From contig OY762428.1 in assembly GCA_963665665.1 (NCBI GenBank), positions 2,976,001-3,040,000 on the forward strand: a DNA stretch of 64,000 nt, in the 5' to 3' direction. A program made the position numbers and the translations under genes. Shown in pieces: positions 19,808-30,452 of this stretch. Positions within the stretch are counted from its first letter, which is position 1, and the number at the start of each line of letters is the position of its first letter. The stretch comes from Candidatus Kapaibacterium sp. Lineage in GTDB: Bacteria > Bacteroidota > Ignavibacteria > Kapaibacteriales > UBA2268. A model generated the notes under the pieces. It was not told the origin of the DNA. It saw only the letters and a program-made list of their open reading frames with translations, and did not search any database.

Positions 19808-21682
19808 GTGTGTAGAAAAAAATTATTTACAAGTGCGTTTACTTTGTTTCTGATGATGTTTATCTGGGCGTGTTCGTCACTTCCTATTCAGATAGAGAAT
19901 TTCGAGGGGATGTCCGAAATTGAAAAGGGCGGGAGCGCCCTTATGAAATGGAAGTTCATAAATGCCGAATACGTTCGCGTTGAGGGCCTTAACGGTTACT
20001 TCAACCCGACGGACAGCTTCAGGGTAAGCCCGGACGAAACAAAGAAATATGCTATCACTGCTTATTCCGGCTCTGATTCGGTTTCCAATTCATGGCGCGT
20101 GTTTGTAAAAGATTCCCAATCAGGACATCCCCAACGCGGTCCTTCAGGTTTTTACCCATTGCAGATGGAAACATCATACGAAATAAATGAATATCTGAAC
20201 GGCCTGATGTATTACTCCGAGGCCGCAAATCCCGCTAAGATCAGCGTAATGAGAACATTATATCCCAGGGATGGTTCGGGTCATTTCCACTTACGATTTA
20301 TGCTTATGGACGAAATGGGAAATCATATTTGCGGGCTGGGAGACCAAATGCCTGACGACCTTGCAGTGGAAATTGATTGTTTAGCTGGAAAAAAAGGCCT
20401 TAATCCGGGAAACTGGGAAGAGAAGATATTCTCTGATATCGATCCCGGTGTTAATATTAATATTCTACTGGAAAATTCTGCATCTGCAACACCAAATCCT
20501 GCTATTATTGATATATTGAAAGAATTAACAGCAAATCTTGATCCGGCGGATAATTTTGCATTGACGATGTTCAATCAAAAATATCATGTGGAAATCCCGC
20601 TTAGTTTCTCCGGAAAAGCAGCAGAACAGCTAATGGCTATGCCGGTAAAACCGGTTTCCGGACTTAATGCCGTTTACAGGGCTGCTTTTAATTCCCTCGT
20701 GGAACAGGGTAAAGTAGTTAACGGAAATGAAAATGTAATGATATTATTCCTTTACGGCCCTGATAATTCATCAATAATTTATGAATTGAACGATGTTGCA
20801 AACGCCGCACGGCAGTTGCATATTCCGGTTTATGTAGTAGGTATTGGTAATAATACGGACAGTTATTCGGGTAAATACCTGAGCGATTTCACGGGCGGTA
20901 AATACTTTCAGGTTCCCACCGAGGACCTTGCATCAATTAAGAATATTCTGAATCAGATTGTTTTTTCCCAAAAATATTATTATGAAATTAAAATACCCGA
21001 AACCGAATACTACAGCAATTGCAATGAACTTGATGCCAATATCAGGTTTTCTGTTGATGCTAATTTGCTTAATACGGAAAAAAGGCTGATAACAAGGCCT
21101 GAAAGAATGTTTTCCAAATATCAGTCCCTTTGTGCTTTTGATTATAAAACTGACGAACCTGCCGGAGGCTATGAAATCAACTTTGATGAACTTGCAAAAG
21201 TAATGAAAGACAATCCTTCCTATATGGTACAGCTTACGGGGCACAGCGACGAAGAAGGCAGCCCGAAGGTAAAAAGGGAACTGGCCTTGAAAAGAGTTCA
21301 GAAAATTCGTAAAAAACTTCTTAGCAGAGGTATTGCCCCTGAACAGATCAGGATAGTGAATGCTTCGGATAGCGAACCGGTTTATTATTTCCGGGAGTTT
21401 GACTGGCAAAAAATGTACAATCGCCGGGTTGATATCAAATGGCTTGATCCCGAATTACTTCCCTTTGAAATTATTGCAGGGCAATCATGGACTGAAGAAA
21501 ATGCTCTTGATATTGTTGAAAAATGGGAATCCCGTGGTTATTCGGCTTATTACCAGCGTTATATACATGAAGACAACCCGCTGTATAAAATTAAAATATG
21601 GGGCTATAAAACCCTGCATGATGCAGAACTTGAAGCTGACAAACTTGAAAAAAAATATAAAGTAGCTATGAGGATCGAATAA
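19808..21682 (+). CDS. Lipoprotein with vWA-like domain, OmpA-like peptidoglycan-binding domain and SPOR-like tail
   Basis: Lipobox IWAC, IPVYVVGIG...LSDFTGGKYF (vWA), VQLTGHSD..G.....LALKR and NRRVDI (OmpA). Confidence 0.75.
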   Translation: MCRKKLFTSAFTLFLMMFIWACSSLPIQIENFEGMSEIEKGGSALMKWKFINAEYVRVEGLNGYFNPTDSFRVSPDETKKYAITAYSGSDSVSNSWRVFVKDSQSGHPQRGPSGFYPLQMETSYEINEYLNGLMYYSEAANPAKISVMRTLYPRDGSGHFHLRFMLMDEMGNHICGLGDQMPDDLAVEIDCLAGKKGLNPGNWEEKIFSDIDPGVNINILLENSASATPNPAIIDILKELTANLDPADNFALTMFNQKYHVEIPLSFSGKAAEQLMAMPVKPVSGLNAVYRAAFNSLVEQGKVVNGNENVMILFLYGPDNSSIIYELNDVANAARQLHIPVYVVGIGNNTDSYSGKYLSDFTGGKYFQVPTEDLASIKNILNQIVFSQKYYYEIKIPETEYYSNCNELDANIRFSVDANLLNTEKRLITRPERMFSKYQSLCAFDYKTDEPAGGYEINFDELAKVMKDNPSYMVQLTGHSDEEGSPKVKRELALKRVQKIRKKLLSRGIAPEQIRIVNASDSEPVYYFREFDWQKMYNRRVDIKWLDPELLPFEIIAGQSWTEENALDIVEKWESRGYSAYYQRYIHEDNPLYKIKIWGYKTLHDAELEADKLEKKYKVAMRIE

Positions 21683-22828
21683 TTATTCATGAACTCCGTT
21701 TAGTGGTAATTCAACTACAAAATTAGTTCCATTACCGAACTCACTGACTGCGTATACATTTCCATGCAGGTAATCAACAAATTTCTTTACGATTGACAGG
21801 CCCAGCCTTGTAGAGCCTTCGTTATTGGTCGGAACTGCCGAAAGCCTTGCAAACTTCATGAACAGCAGTTCTTTGTCTTCTTCTGTCAAACCCGGCCCTT
21901 CGTCGATAATTTCAATTTTTGCAGCTTTATCAATTCCTTCTTCAATAACCGATGTTCTGATAATAATTTTTTTATTGAATTGAGAGAATTTAATTGCATT
22001 TGAAAGAAGGTTCATAATTATTTGCTGTACTTTATCAGAATCAGATATAGTAATTAGTTGCTCGCAACAAAAGTCAATATCAATATTAATATTCTTTTCT
22101 TCCGATCTGATCTTCAGATAATCGACAGTTTTACTTATCAGCATATTCAGGTCGAACTTTTCACTGTTTATCCGGAGATTACCTTCTTCCGCCTTATTTA
22201 TAATCAGCAGGTCGGTAATAATTCTGTACATTGCTTCGCCTGATTCCCTTATATCCCGCGAGAATTCTTTAATTTCCGCCTCACTGAAATCATTAGTATT
22301 TTCCTCCATCAATTTTGAAAATCCAACCATTACCTGAAGCGGATTTTTAAGGTCGTGTGCCGTGATACTCAAAAATTCATTTTTTTCATCAATTAATTTT
22401 TGAAGTTTTTTGTTTTGTGATATTATCAGGTCCTTACTTCTTTTCAGTTCAATATGAGTTTTAATTCTTGCCAGTAATTCTTCATTTTTAAAAGGTTTGG
22501 TAATATAATCCACACCTCCGAACTCAAATCCCTTGATTTTATCTTCAAGCTGTGATTTTGCAGTAACAAAAACAATCGGAATGTTTTGTGTTCGTTCATC
22601 CGTTTTCAGGTCCTGACAGACGGAAAACCCGTCCTTTTCAGGCATCATTACATCAAGTATTATTAAGTCGGGAAGAAGTTTTCTGGCAATATCAACAGCT
22701 TCGAAGCCATTGGTGGCAAGAGCTTTTTTGTAGTTCTCCTCGGCAAGCATATTGCCAATCACCTGCAGGTTTTCTGCCTGGTCATCAACAATAAGAACTA
22801 CTGCGGGGTGTATATGGTTAGTATCCAT
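21683..22828 (-). CDS. Hybrid response regulator/histidine kinase (REC-HisKA-HATPase)
   Basis: LIVDD, DLIILDVMMP, DYITKPF, AHDLKNPL, NLLSNAIKF, DEGPG. Confidence 0.92.
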   Translation of the reverse strand: MDTNHIHPAVVLIVDDQAENLQVIGNMLAEENYKKALATNGFEAVDIARKLLPDLIILDVMMPEKDGFSVCQDLKTDERTQNIPIVFVTAKSQLEDKIKGFEFGGVDYITKPFKNEELLARIKTHIELKRSKDLIISQNKKLQKLIDEKNEFLSITAHDLKNPLQVMVGFSKLMEENTNDFSEAEIKEFSRDIRESGEAMYRIITDLLIINKAEEGNLRINSEKFDLNMLISKTVDYLKIRSEEKNINIDIDFCCEQLITISDSDKVQQIIMNLLSNAIKFSQFNKKIIIRTSVIEEGIDKAAKIEIIDEGPGLTEEDKELLFMKFARLSAVPTNNEGSTRLGLSIVKKFVDYLHGNVYAVSEFGNGTNFVVELPLNGVHE

Positions 22829-22898
22829 TTTATATCAAATTATTATTTCCAAAAATAGTATATATATTCAATCAAATTCTATGCCGAAACAGTAATAT

Positions 22899-25601
22899 TT
22901 ATAAATTTATTTCTCTTATAAAGTTACGGAATTTTTTCAGGAAGTTCTTCAATGCAGGTACATCATAATCTTTTAATGAGTTCTGCAAAATATCTGCAAA
23001 TTTCAAAATGTCCCTGTTTTGATATTTGTTTGCTAATTCGATTATTTCATTAATAAAATCCTGGAAATCATCAATTATTAAAATTTCAAGAAGTTTTCCG
23101 GATTTATCATAAAACTTCTCTTTCAGTTCCATGAAGAAATCATGTTCAATATCTGAAAAAGATATTCTTTTAAAAATATTAGACACATCTGTGATCTGTA
23201 CTTTTGCCAATTTTCTATTAGAAGCTAAATCAAATTTCAGATACTCTGTCAGCTTATCTATCAGCTGATTCTTATCAATAGGTTTCTGAATTATTCCGTC
23301 AATAAGTTTTTTGTCCTCTTCGCTTATTTTGTCTAATTCATAAGCAGTCATGATAATTACAAAAGTATTTTTTAGTTCATCGTCGCGCCTGATGTTCCTG
23401 ACAATTTCAATGCCGTCCATTCCCGGCATTTTATAATCAAGGAGAACAAGTGCGGGCTTATACATTTTTATAAATTCATAGGCGGAATTTCCGTCGATCG
23501 CTTCCACTGTTCTCAGGTTGACTTCTTCAAGGTATAGCTTTATCAATTCTCTTGTATAATCATAATCGTCGGCTATCAATACTTTCGCCGGGTGAAAAAC
23601 AATTCCCTGCCCCGCATTTCTGCTTTCAGCAGAAGGATCTTTTGCTTTTTTGTCAATTTTAATATTTTCAAAATATATAATGAAATTTGTACCAACACCT
23701 TTTTCACTTTCAAGATGAATCCTGCCATTCATTTTTTCTATTAGTTTCTTACTTATTGCCAGCCCGAGCCCTGACCCCCCGAAGCTTCTTCCGGTATGTC
23801 CGCTTTGCTGCCTGAAAGCGCTGAATATTCCTTTTTGCTGCTCAGGGTCAATACCTATCCCGGTATCCTTTACCTGTATTTTTATATCAAGCTTATCTTC
23901 GCTTATGTTGTAAGCATCCAATATTACTGCTACCGATCCCTCTTCAGTAAATTTTATGGCGTTACCAATAATATTAAATAATACCTGCCGGAATCGCAGC
24001 TCATCAAAATACAGGGATTTTGGCAAATTAGGCGACAGGGTAATCCTGAAATCAAGATTTTTCTTCACTATTTCATTCATGAAAATATCTTTCATCTCAA
24101 CAAAAATCTTTTTAATATATATCTGTCTGTTTACAATTTCCAACCTTCCGGCTTCTATCTTCGAGAGATCAAGAATATCATTAATCAGGGAAAGTAATTT
24201 TTCACTACTCGAGAGTATTGTTTTCAAATAGCGTTTATCATCATCATTGAAAGACTTATTAAGTAAAAGGTCGCTAAAACCGATTATCGATGTCATCGGA
24301 GTACGAATTTCATGTGAAACATTGGCCAAGAACTCTGTTTTTAGTTTGTTTGCTGCTTCTGCTTCTTCTTTTGCATTTATCAGTTCCTGCTCGGTTTTCT
24401 TTCTTGTTTCAATTTCCTGTTCAAGTTTTTCCATGGCTTTCTGTAACTGGGATGTTCTTTTTATTACTCTTTTCTCCAGCGAACTGTTCAGCTTATGAAT
24501 TTCATTTTCGGCTTTTTTCCTGTCGGTAATATTTCTTAGAACAGACACAACACCGGTAATATATCCCATATTGTCTTTCATGGGGTATATTGTCTGGCTG
24601 AACCAAAGCTTAGAATAATTGATCTCGAACTCTTTTTCAAATTCAATACTGATCCTTGTGGAAATAACTTTCCTCATATTATTATTAAATTCAATTACTT
24701 CCTCGTGGCTCATATATTCCTCCGGAGCCTGCCCCAGCATTTTCCTGAGCGATGAGTATTCCGGCGGAGCACTTACATACTGGCATTTGCCGTTCAGATC
24801 GTATACAAAAACAATATTATCCCCGCTTTCCACAACCAGCCTCATTCTTTCCTCACTTTGCCTTGCCACGGACAAGGCTTCATTCTTTTCGGCCTCTCTC
24901 AATTTCAACTGTTCAAGCATATTATTGAAAGCTCTGAAAAGCTGACCTATTTCATCCGACCCCTTTGGAACAACCCTGATCGAAAAATCCTCATTGCTTG
25001 AGATTTCCCCGCTGATTTCTGCAAGTTTCAGAATTGGTTTTGAAATCAGATTCTGGAAAATATTTGCCAATATAATCGAAAGTATTGTCATCGTTATCAG
25101 CAAAACGATCATCATTATCATCTGCTCGTGGAATTGGGCATTGATCTTCTGGGTTGATCCTACGATATGGATATAACCCAATATTTCATCCTGCCAGTTT
25201 ATACTTCCGAATGTATGAATATAATTTTTATCAAAAAATGCCGTGTCTTTCTTTATCAGTGTCGGGAAGTTCATTTCACTGACGATTACATCTGCTTTTG
25301 TATAGGACGAAATCCTTTCACCTTCGATGGTTTGTATCTCGGCAAAAATTATATTCGGCAGATTTTCAAGGCTGCCCAAAACGTCTTTCATTCCCTTTTC
25401 ATCATTGAATAATATCGGCGACACAGAATAATATCCCAAAAGCCCGTTAATAAGTTCTGTTTGTTCGCTTAGCTCCGTTCTTAATGTGTTATAATTGAAT
25501 ATAAAGCCGATTAATATCCCGGTAACGGATACACTAACAGAGACTATAAGAATAATAGCAATGAGCTTCGACCGAATTGATATATCTCTTAATGAATTCA
25601 T
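22899..25601 (-). CDS. Membrane hybrid sensor kinase (periplasmic sensor, HAMP, PAS, HisKA, HATPase, REC)
   Basis: Two TM segments, DEIGQLFRAFNNML, RNITDRKKAE, SHEIRTPM, GNAIKFT, DTGIG, GSGLGLAI, LLDYKMPGMDG. Confidence 0.92.
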   Translation of the reverse strand: MNSLRDISIRSKLIAIILIVSVSVSVTGILIGFIFNYNTLRTELSEQTELINGLLGYYSVSPILFNDEKGMKDVLGSLENLPNIIFAEIQTIEGERISSYTKADVIVSEMNFPTLIKKDTAFFDKNYIHTFGSINWQDEILGYIHIVGSTQKINAQFHEQMIMMIVLLITMTILSIILANIFQNLISKPILKLAEISGEISSNEDFSIRVVPKGSDEIGQLFRAFNNMLEQLKLREAEKNEALSVARQSEERMRLVVESGDNIVFVYDLNGKCQYVSAPPEYSSLRKMLGQAPEEYMSHEEVIEFNNNMRKVISTRISIEFEKEFEINYSKLWFSQTIYPMKDNMGYITGVVSVLRNITDRKKAENEIHKLNSSLEKRVIKRTSQLQKAMEKLEQEIETRKKTEQELINAKEEAEAANKLKTEFLANVSHEIRTPMTSIIGFSDLLLNKSFNDDDKRYLKTILSSSEKLLSLINDILDLSKIEAGRLEIVNRQIYIKKIFVEMKDIFMNEIVKKNLDFRITLSPNLPKSLYFDELRFRQVLFNIIGNAIKFTEEGSVAVILDAYNISEDKLDIKIQVKDTGIGIDPEQQKGIFSAFRQQSGHTGRSFGGSGLGLAISKKLIEKMNGRIHLESEKGVGTNFIIYFENIKIDKKAKDPSAESRNAGQGIVFHPAKVLIADDYDYTRELIKLYLEEVNLRTVEAIDGNSAYEFIKMYKPALVLLDYKMPGMDGIEIVRNIRRDDELKNTFVIIMTAYELDKISEEDKKLIDGIIQKPIDKNQLIDKLTEYLKFDLASNRKLAKVQITDVSNIFKRISFSDIEHDFFMELKEKFYDKSGKLLEILIIDDFQDFINEIIELANKYQNRDILKFADILQNSLKDYDVPALKNFLKKFRNFIREINL

Positions 25602-26176
25602 TGTTTTTTTCCGGGTTTAATTATTTTTCCATGTCTTAATAGCAGGTGGCTGATATATAGTCCTGATGAATTAATCAACTCCTGGTTGATTTCAAATCGG
25701 ATCTTTTTATTTTCCCTGTACAAATTTATATGTGTGCAAATTTCTGCAAAACCAGGTTCGTCGGATAAAAGTAATGTCGGCTGGTCCCCGATTTTTTCTT
25801 TCAGAATTTTCAGTTTATCTTTCATATCATCGCAAATAAATGCAAGATGGCAATAGGGAATATTATTAATATCCTGAACATAATGTATCAGCACTTTTTT
25901 GTCTTTAATTTTTAATTTGGAATAAATTTCTTCAAATGATTCGCTGAAATGATTTTCGCCCACTATACAAATTATAAAAGGCTTGGATTTTATTTCAATT
26001 TCAGATTCTGCAGGCCATTCAATAAAACGCGTAAATCTTTCAATATATGCTGCTATCAGTTTTTCTTCGTCGCTAACATAGCTGCCGGCCGAAATTTCAC
26101 AGTTCCAGGCAAGAATTATTATTCCTACTAAAAAACTGAAAAGAAATTTCGATATTTTGCAGCTACACTTTTTCAT
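25598..26176 (-). CDS. YfiR family (DUF4154) periplasmic protein
   Basis: Signal peptide, AAYIERFTRFIEWP, FIICIVGEN, CHLAFI, KIRFEIN...GLYISHLLLR. Confidence 0.85.
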   Translation of the reverse strand: MKKCSCKISKFLFSFLVGIIILAWNCEISAGSYVSDEEKLIAAYIERFTRFIEWPAESEIEIKSKPFIICIVGENHFSESFEEIYSKLKIKDKKVLIHYVQDINNIPYCHLAFICDDMKDKLKILKEKIGDQPTLLLSDEPGFAEICTHINLYRENKKIRFEINQELINSSGLYISHLLLRHGKIIKPGKKQ

Positions 26177-26179
26177 AAA

Positions 26180-28555
26180 CTATAATTTAATGTTAATTTT
26201 GGCTCCGTAAACTGCCGGTTCTATCACGAAACCTCCCCTTAAAACCTGATCCTGCCATTTATTTCCTGCTTCATAGGTATATCTCTTAAAGCCATCTGAA
26301 CTAAAAATATTCATACCGTAAATGGAAATGCTGTATTTGTCGTTAAATATCCATGAGACGGATGCATTTGATGAGAAATTGGTTTTAAAAGCATTTTCCT
26401 CACGGAATCTGTCAACTACTACTTGATATGCTTCGCCGTCGGGATTGCCCTCAACGGCATTCTCGATTACAACCAATCCGTCCTTTGCTCCTTCATATTG
26501 CCAGAAAATCCGAAAATCTGCATGCAACAGCAATTTATCTTCAAATAACTTTAATCGGGCTATCAGTTTGCTTGTATTGTTAGCCCAGTTATTAAGGTCA
26601 TTTCCAGTTCCAGTTAATATTGAACCGTCAAGCTGAACATTGTAGTCGGAATAGCTGATACCGCTTTTATCTATCTGATCGCTCATATCCCATTCTACCT
26701 GCTTCACATAGGAATGGTTCAGATTAATTATCAATCCTTTGTATTTGTATGTTGTTTCTAATTCAATTCCTGCAAGGCTGAGCTCGCCTGTTAAGCGGGT
26801 TGTTCTGTTGTCATCGAACCAGCTTAAGACTTCAAGGTGATTGTAAAATGTTGAAATATTGAACTGCAGATTTTCATTATAATTACAAAGATAGATCAAT
26901 TCCATGCCGTTCAATGTTTCAGGATCTGATTTTTTTCCGGAGAAATTTTCTATCAGTAGCTGGTCCGCTGTATTCATTCTTTGCGATTGCTGCAAAATCA
27001 GTTTCAGGTAATTGTTTTCTGCCGGCAGGTAAATCAGGGCAAATCGTGGAGAGAATAATAGTTCTGAATAGCTGTCCTTGTCAACTCTTGATGATAATAG
27101 CAGGTTTAAATTTGTTCTGACCGGAATATTCACTTCCGCCAGAAAAGATAATGTATTGGTTGACCATCCGTCGCCAACCCAATAGCCTTCACCATCGGAC
27201 ACCCCCCTGCAAAGACCCGGATCAACTATTGTATCATATACTTTGGAATCCGGGCCGCTTATTATATTATGCTGATCTCCCATTCTGAACTCTGTCCTGT
27301 CCATACCCCAGCCCGGCCCCCAGGAATTTCTGGAATACTCAATACCAACAGCAGCATCAATCCCGTTTTCATATTCTTTGTTCAGGATAAATCGGGCCAG
27401 CAATTCATCTTCGGAAAAATGATAATACTTATTCCTGATACTGTTAATATCTCCAAGTTCTCGGAGAATATCCTCGGGTATGGGAACAAAAGCCCAATGA
27501 TGCATGAAATACTCTTCACGCCTTATCACATCTTCACTGTCCCAGCTAAGCATTGATGATAACTTATAATTGCTGCCAAAATCATGCTCGTTAGCCAAAG
27601 TAATAGTAAAATGCCTGTCATTGCACTGCTTGATATTTTTATAGTCACCTAACTTTGGTGAGCCATCATCGTTCAGCCCTGTTTGGGGGTAATGCTTTCC
27701 GGCCACACCAAACTGCGTGGAGCCGGCTCCTGTATATCTTGCCCAGGCTTTCCATTCATTTAAAAAACGAATTTCAGTAAAAAATTTCAGCTGCGGCTGA
27801 TCATTATAGTCCCTCATATAATCATTAACAAGGTCAGCATTTCCTTCTTCGGTATAATAGCCGATCATATTAATTCTGTGGGACCTGAATGCCTCGATTC
27901 CCTTTATACCCGGAGTTTTCGATACCGAGCCGAATATGCTGAACCCGAGAGTATCATTGCCGCTGCCATAATGCAGGCTAAGGTTATGGTTGTTGTATTC
28001 AGAAAGATATGAATAGTCGGCACCAAGGCCTTTCTTTCTGAAGTCCTTAGTTTTAATATTTATAATACCTGCAACAGCCCCCGGGCCGTAAGTAACCGAT
28101 CCCGGCCCGCGAATAATCTGAATTTCTTCAATATCTGTCAGGTCGTGATTCTCAAGTTCGGATGTGGCGCCGTTATGAGCTTTCATATTTGAATACCTGC
28201 CATTAACAAGAAGAACATATTTATAATTTCTGTCCGTGATTATCCCCCTGATACCGATATGCGGGCTGTCGTGGTGGTTCATCCATAAAGCGCCGGGAAC
28301 AAAAGTTTCAATCAGGTCGTAAATATTTCTTGCGGGAGTGATCTCAATATCTCTTGAAGTAATCGTTGTAATCGAAACCGGCAGCATATTGCTTTCCTGC
28401 GGAATAATCGTCCCTCCCCTTATTTCAATATTGAAAAGGTCGTCGGTTTCCAGGCTCAGAAGATCGTTGATATCCAGTTCAGCCTGGCCATAGCTTTTGA
28501 TATTTATTATCAAAAAAAGAATGGGAAATATCAATAGTGATATTCTATTATACAT
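26180..28555 (-). CDS. TonB-dependent receptor
   Basis: LSLE.L, PVSITTITSRDIE, VPG, IGIRG, LLVNGR, IEEIQIIRGPGSVTYGPGAVAGIINIKTK plug motif, beta-barrel-like C-terminus. Confidence 0.88.
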   Translation of the reverse strand: MYNRISLLIFPILFLIINIKSYGQAELDINDLLSLETDDLFNIEIRGGTIIPQESNMLPVSITTITSRDIEITPARNIYDLIETFVPGALWMNHHDSPHIGIRGIITDRNYKYVLLVNGRYSNMKAHNGATSELENHDLTDIEEIQIIRGPGSVTYGPGAVAGIINIKTKDFRKKGLGADYSYLSEYNNHNLSLHYGSGNDTLGFSIFGSVSKTPGIKGIEAFRSHRINMIGYYTEEGNADLVNDYMRDYNDQPQLKFFTEIRFLNEWKAWARYTGAGSTQFGVAGKHYPQTGLNDDGSPKLGDYKNIKQCNDRHFTITLANEHDFGSNYKLSSMLSWDSEDVIRREEYFMHHWAFVPIPEDILRELGDINSIRNKYYHFSEDELLARFILNKEYENGIDAAVGIEYSRNSWGPGWGMDRTEFRMGDQHNIISGPDSKVYDTIVDPGLCRGVSDGEGYWVGDGWSTNTLSFLAEVNIPVRTNLNLLLSSRVDKDSYSELLFSPRFALIYLPAENNYLKLILQQSQRMNTADQLLIENFSGKKSDPETLNGMELIYLCNYNENLQFNISTFYNHLEVLSWFDDNRTTRLTGELSLAGIELETTYKYKGLIINLNHSYVKQVEWDMSDQIDKSGISYSDYNVQLDGSILTGTGNDLNNWANNTSKLIARLKLFEDKLLLHADFRIFWQYEGAKDGLVVIENAVEGNPDGEAYQVVVDRFREENAFKTNFSSNASVSWIFNDKYSISIYGMNIFSSDGFKRYTYEAGNKWQDQVLRGGFVIEPAVYGAKINIKL

Positions 28556-28658
28556 TTATTCTCCATACAAGTTAAATCAGATTGTATAAAATAGCAATAA
28601 TGCTCCAATAGAGTATCTGAAAAATACATTTGTATTTCAAATGTTGCAGCAAAATAAA

Positions 28659-29666
28659 TTATTCCATCGCATTGGCAAAGTCGATATATTCATCAGGCAT
28701 ATCAAGATGAGTTGAATAATCATCATCACAAGCCTGCTCAAGTGTTAATATGGCAGGTTTTTGCCCGCCATAGTATGCCGTGTAAAAGCCATGGCTGCAC
28801 TTCTGATATGCGTTTTTTACCATATTGTATCCCAGCCAGCTTGCCAGGAGTACATCCTTGACCGCGGCGGTTCCTCCCCGTTGGAAATATTCCATATTTA
28901 CCGTCCTGATTTCATGCCTGATATTTCTTTTCGAGAATATTTCTTCCAGGATACCCCTGATATCATCAACTGTTTTTTCGTAGCCCTCGGCAACAAGAAT
29001 TCGTGTATCTCTTTTCCTTTCATTTATCATTGTTGCAATTCTGTTAAAATCAACATCCTGGCCCGGCAAAATAATATGCTCCGATCCGGTTGCTATTCCC
29101 GCATAAAAAGCAAGGTAGCCACTTTCCGCTCCCATACTGTTAATTATATAAACCTTCCTGTGAGCACTTGCAGTATCCCTTATCCAGCCCAGCATATCAC
29201 GGCTTTTGTCTATTGCACTATAAAATCCTACAGAAAACCCGAAATTATTACATACATCATTATCAATTGAACCGGGTGTAAACAAAATCCTGGTGCGAAT
29301 TTCTTTTTTATCAATCAGGTCGCAAATTCTTTTGGCAGCTTTTAAACTTCCGTTTCCGCCGATAACCATCAGGTAATCAATAAAATTGTCATGCAGGTTC
29401 ATTACTGCGGCTTCCTGCATTTCTTTGTTATCTTTCAGTTCCGGCAGCCTTAATGTACCAAGTACAGTGCCTCCGACCTGAGCAAGCCCGGCTGTGTCTT
29501 TTTTAGTCAGTTTTTTGAAATTTCCATCAACAAGGCCCTGCCAGCCGTCAATAATTCCCCAAACTGAAGTAGTAGGTTTAAGGTTTATGGCTGATCGCAC
29601 TACCGCCCTGACAAAACCGTTCATACCGGGACAATCGCCGCCGCCCGTTAAAATTGCAAATCTCAT
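28659..29666 (-). CDS. 6-phosphofructokinase (PfkA) family protein, divergent active site
   Basis: ILTGGGDCPGMN, GGTVLGT.R, PGSIDND, VAEG, QRGG. Has GGNGS and MGA instead of GGDGS and MGR. Confidence 0.8.
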   Translation of the reverse strand: MRFAILTGGGDCPGMNGFVRAVVRSAINLKPTTSVWGIIDGWQGLVDGNFKKLTKKDTAGLAQVGGTVLGTLRLPELKDNKEMQEAAVMNLHDNFIDYLMVIGGNGSLKAAKRICDLIDKKEIRTRILFTPGSIDNDVCNNFGFSVGFYSAIDKSRDMLGWIRDTASAHRKVYIINSMGAESGYLAFYAGIATGSEHIILPGQDVDFNRIATMINERKRDTRILVAEGYEKTVDDIRGILEEIFSKRNIRHEIRTVNMEYFQRGGTAAVKDVLLASWLGYNMVKNAYQKCSHGFYTAYYGGQKPAILTLEQACDDDYSTHLDMPDEYIDFANAME

Positions 29667-29772
29667 GCTGCCTCCGGAAATTCCATAGAAGAAATTTATG
29701 ATTACTATTTACGAATATAAAATAATAAATAATATGAATTAATCTAAAATATTTAAGGAAATTTTTCATGTT

Positions 29773-30092
29773 ACCGCCGGCGGGGGACATTCCTGTCGGT
29801 CATTCTGAAGGAGCGAAGCGACTGAAGAATCCACCCATCACGAAAGTGGCGTAGCCGCATCATTTTTGTAGAAAGGCAAACCCGGAAAAACAACAGCCCC
29901 GTCGGGGCGGCATTTATATATCAGATGTCGCTCAAACGGAGCTTTTTCCCTCCTTCCCAGGTACAACTTGGGAAGGATTATTTCCTACAAAGTTCTACTT
30001 TGGAATTATGAAGCCCAGCTTCAAAGTAAAACTGCATTACGAAGTACAACTTCGTAATGAGGGAAAAAATGCAACCGTCCTACGGACTCCAC
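29773..30092. repeat. Composite cluster of several REP-like palindrome families
   Basis: CCGCCGGCGGGGGACATTCC..GTCATTCTGAAGGAGCGAAGCGACTGAAGAATCC (matches ~51127-51184), AGCCCCGTCGGGGCGGCAT..ATGTCGCTC, TTCCCAGGTACAACTTGGGAA, CATTACGAAGTACAACTTCGTAATG. Confidence 0.7.
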
Positions 30093-30232
30093 TCCTCCGT
30101 GATGAGTTGTAAAAAAAATTACTTGTATTCACCTTGCATTTCCGGTTGATATAAATTATATTGCTCCTGTTGATTGAAATAGCCTGATTTTTTATACGTT
30201 TAATAAAGCAGGTAAATAATATTGAGGATTAT

Positions 30233-30451
30233 ATGAAACAAGTATATACTGCAAAATTTATTGAAACAGAAGACGGTGTTATGGGGCAATTGATCGAATG
30301 GCCGGAAGTTGTAACTGAAGGGAAAAATCTTGAGGATTGCCGCGCTATGCTCCGTGATGCTTTGAATGAGATGGTTTCGGCCTACCGGCAAATCGGGAAA
30401 CCCATACCATACACTCCATCGCAGTTTGAAGAAATGGCTTTAGAGATATGA
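30233..30451 (+). CDS. hicB: HicB family antitoxin (short form)
   Basis: YTAKFIETEDG...EWPEVVTEGKNLEDCRAMLRDAL. Confidence 0.85.
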   Translation: MKQVYTAKFIETEDGVMGQLIEWPEVVTEGKNLEDCRAMLRDALNEMVSAYRQIGKPIPYTPSQFEEMALEI

Positions 30452-30452
30452 T

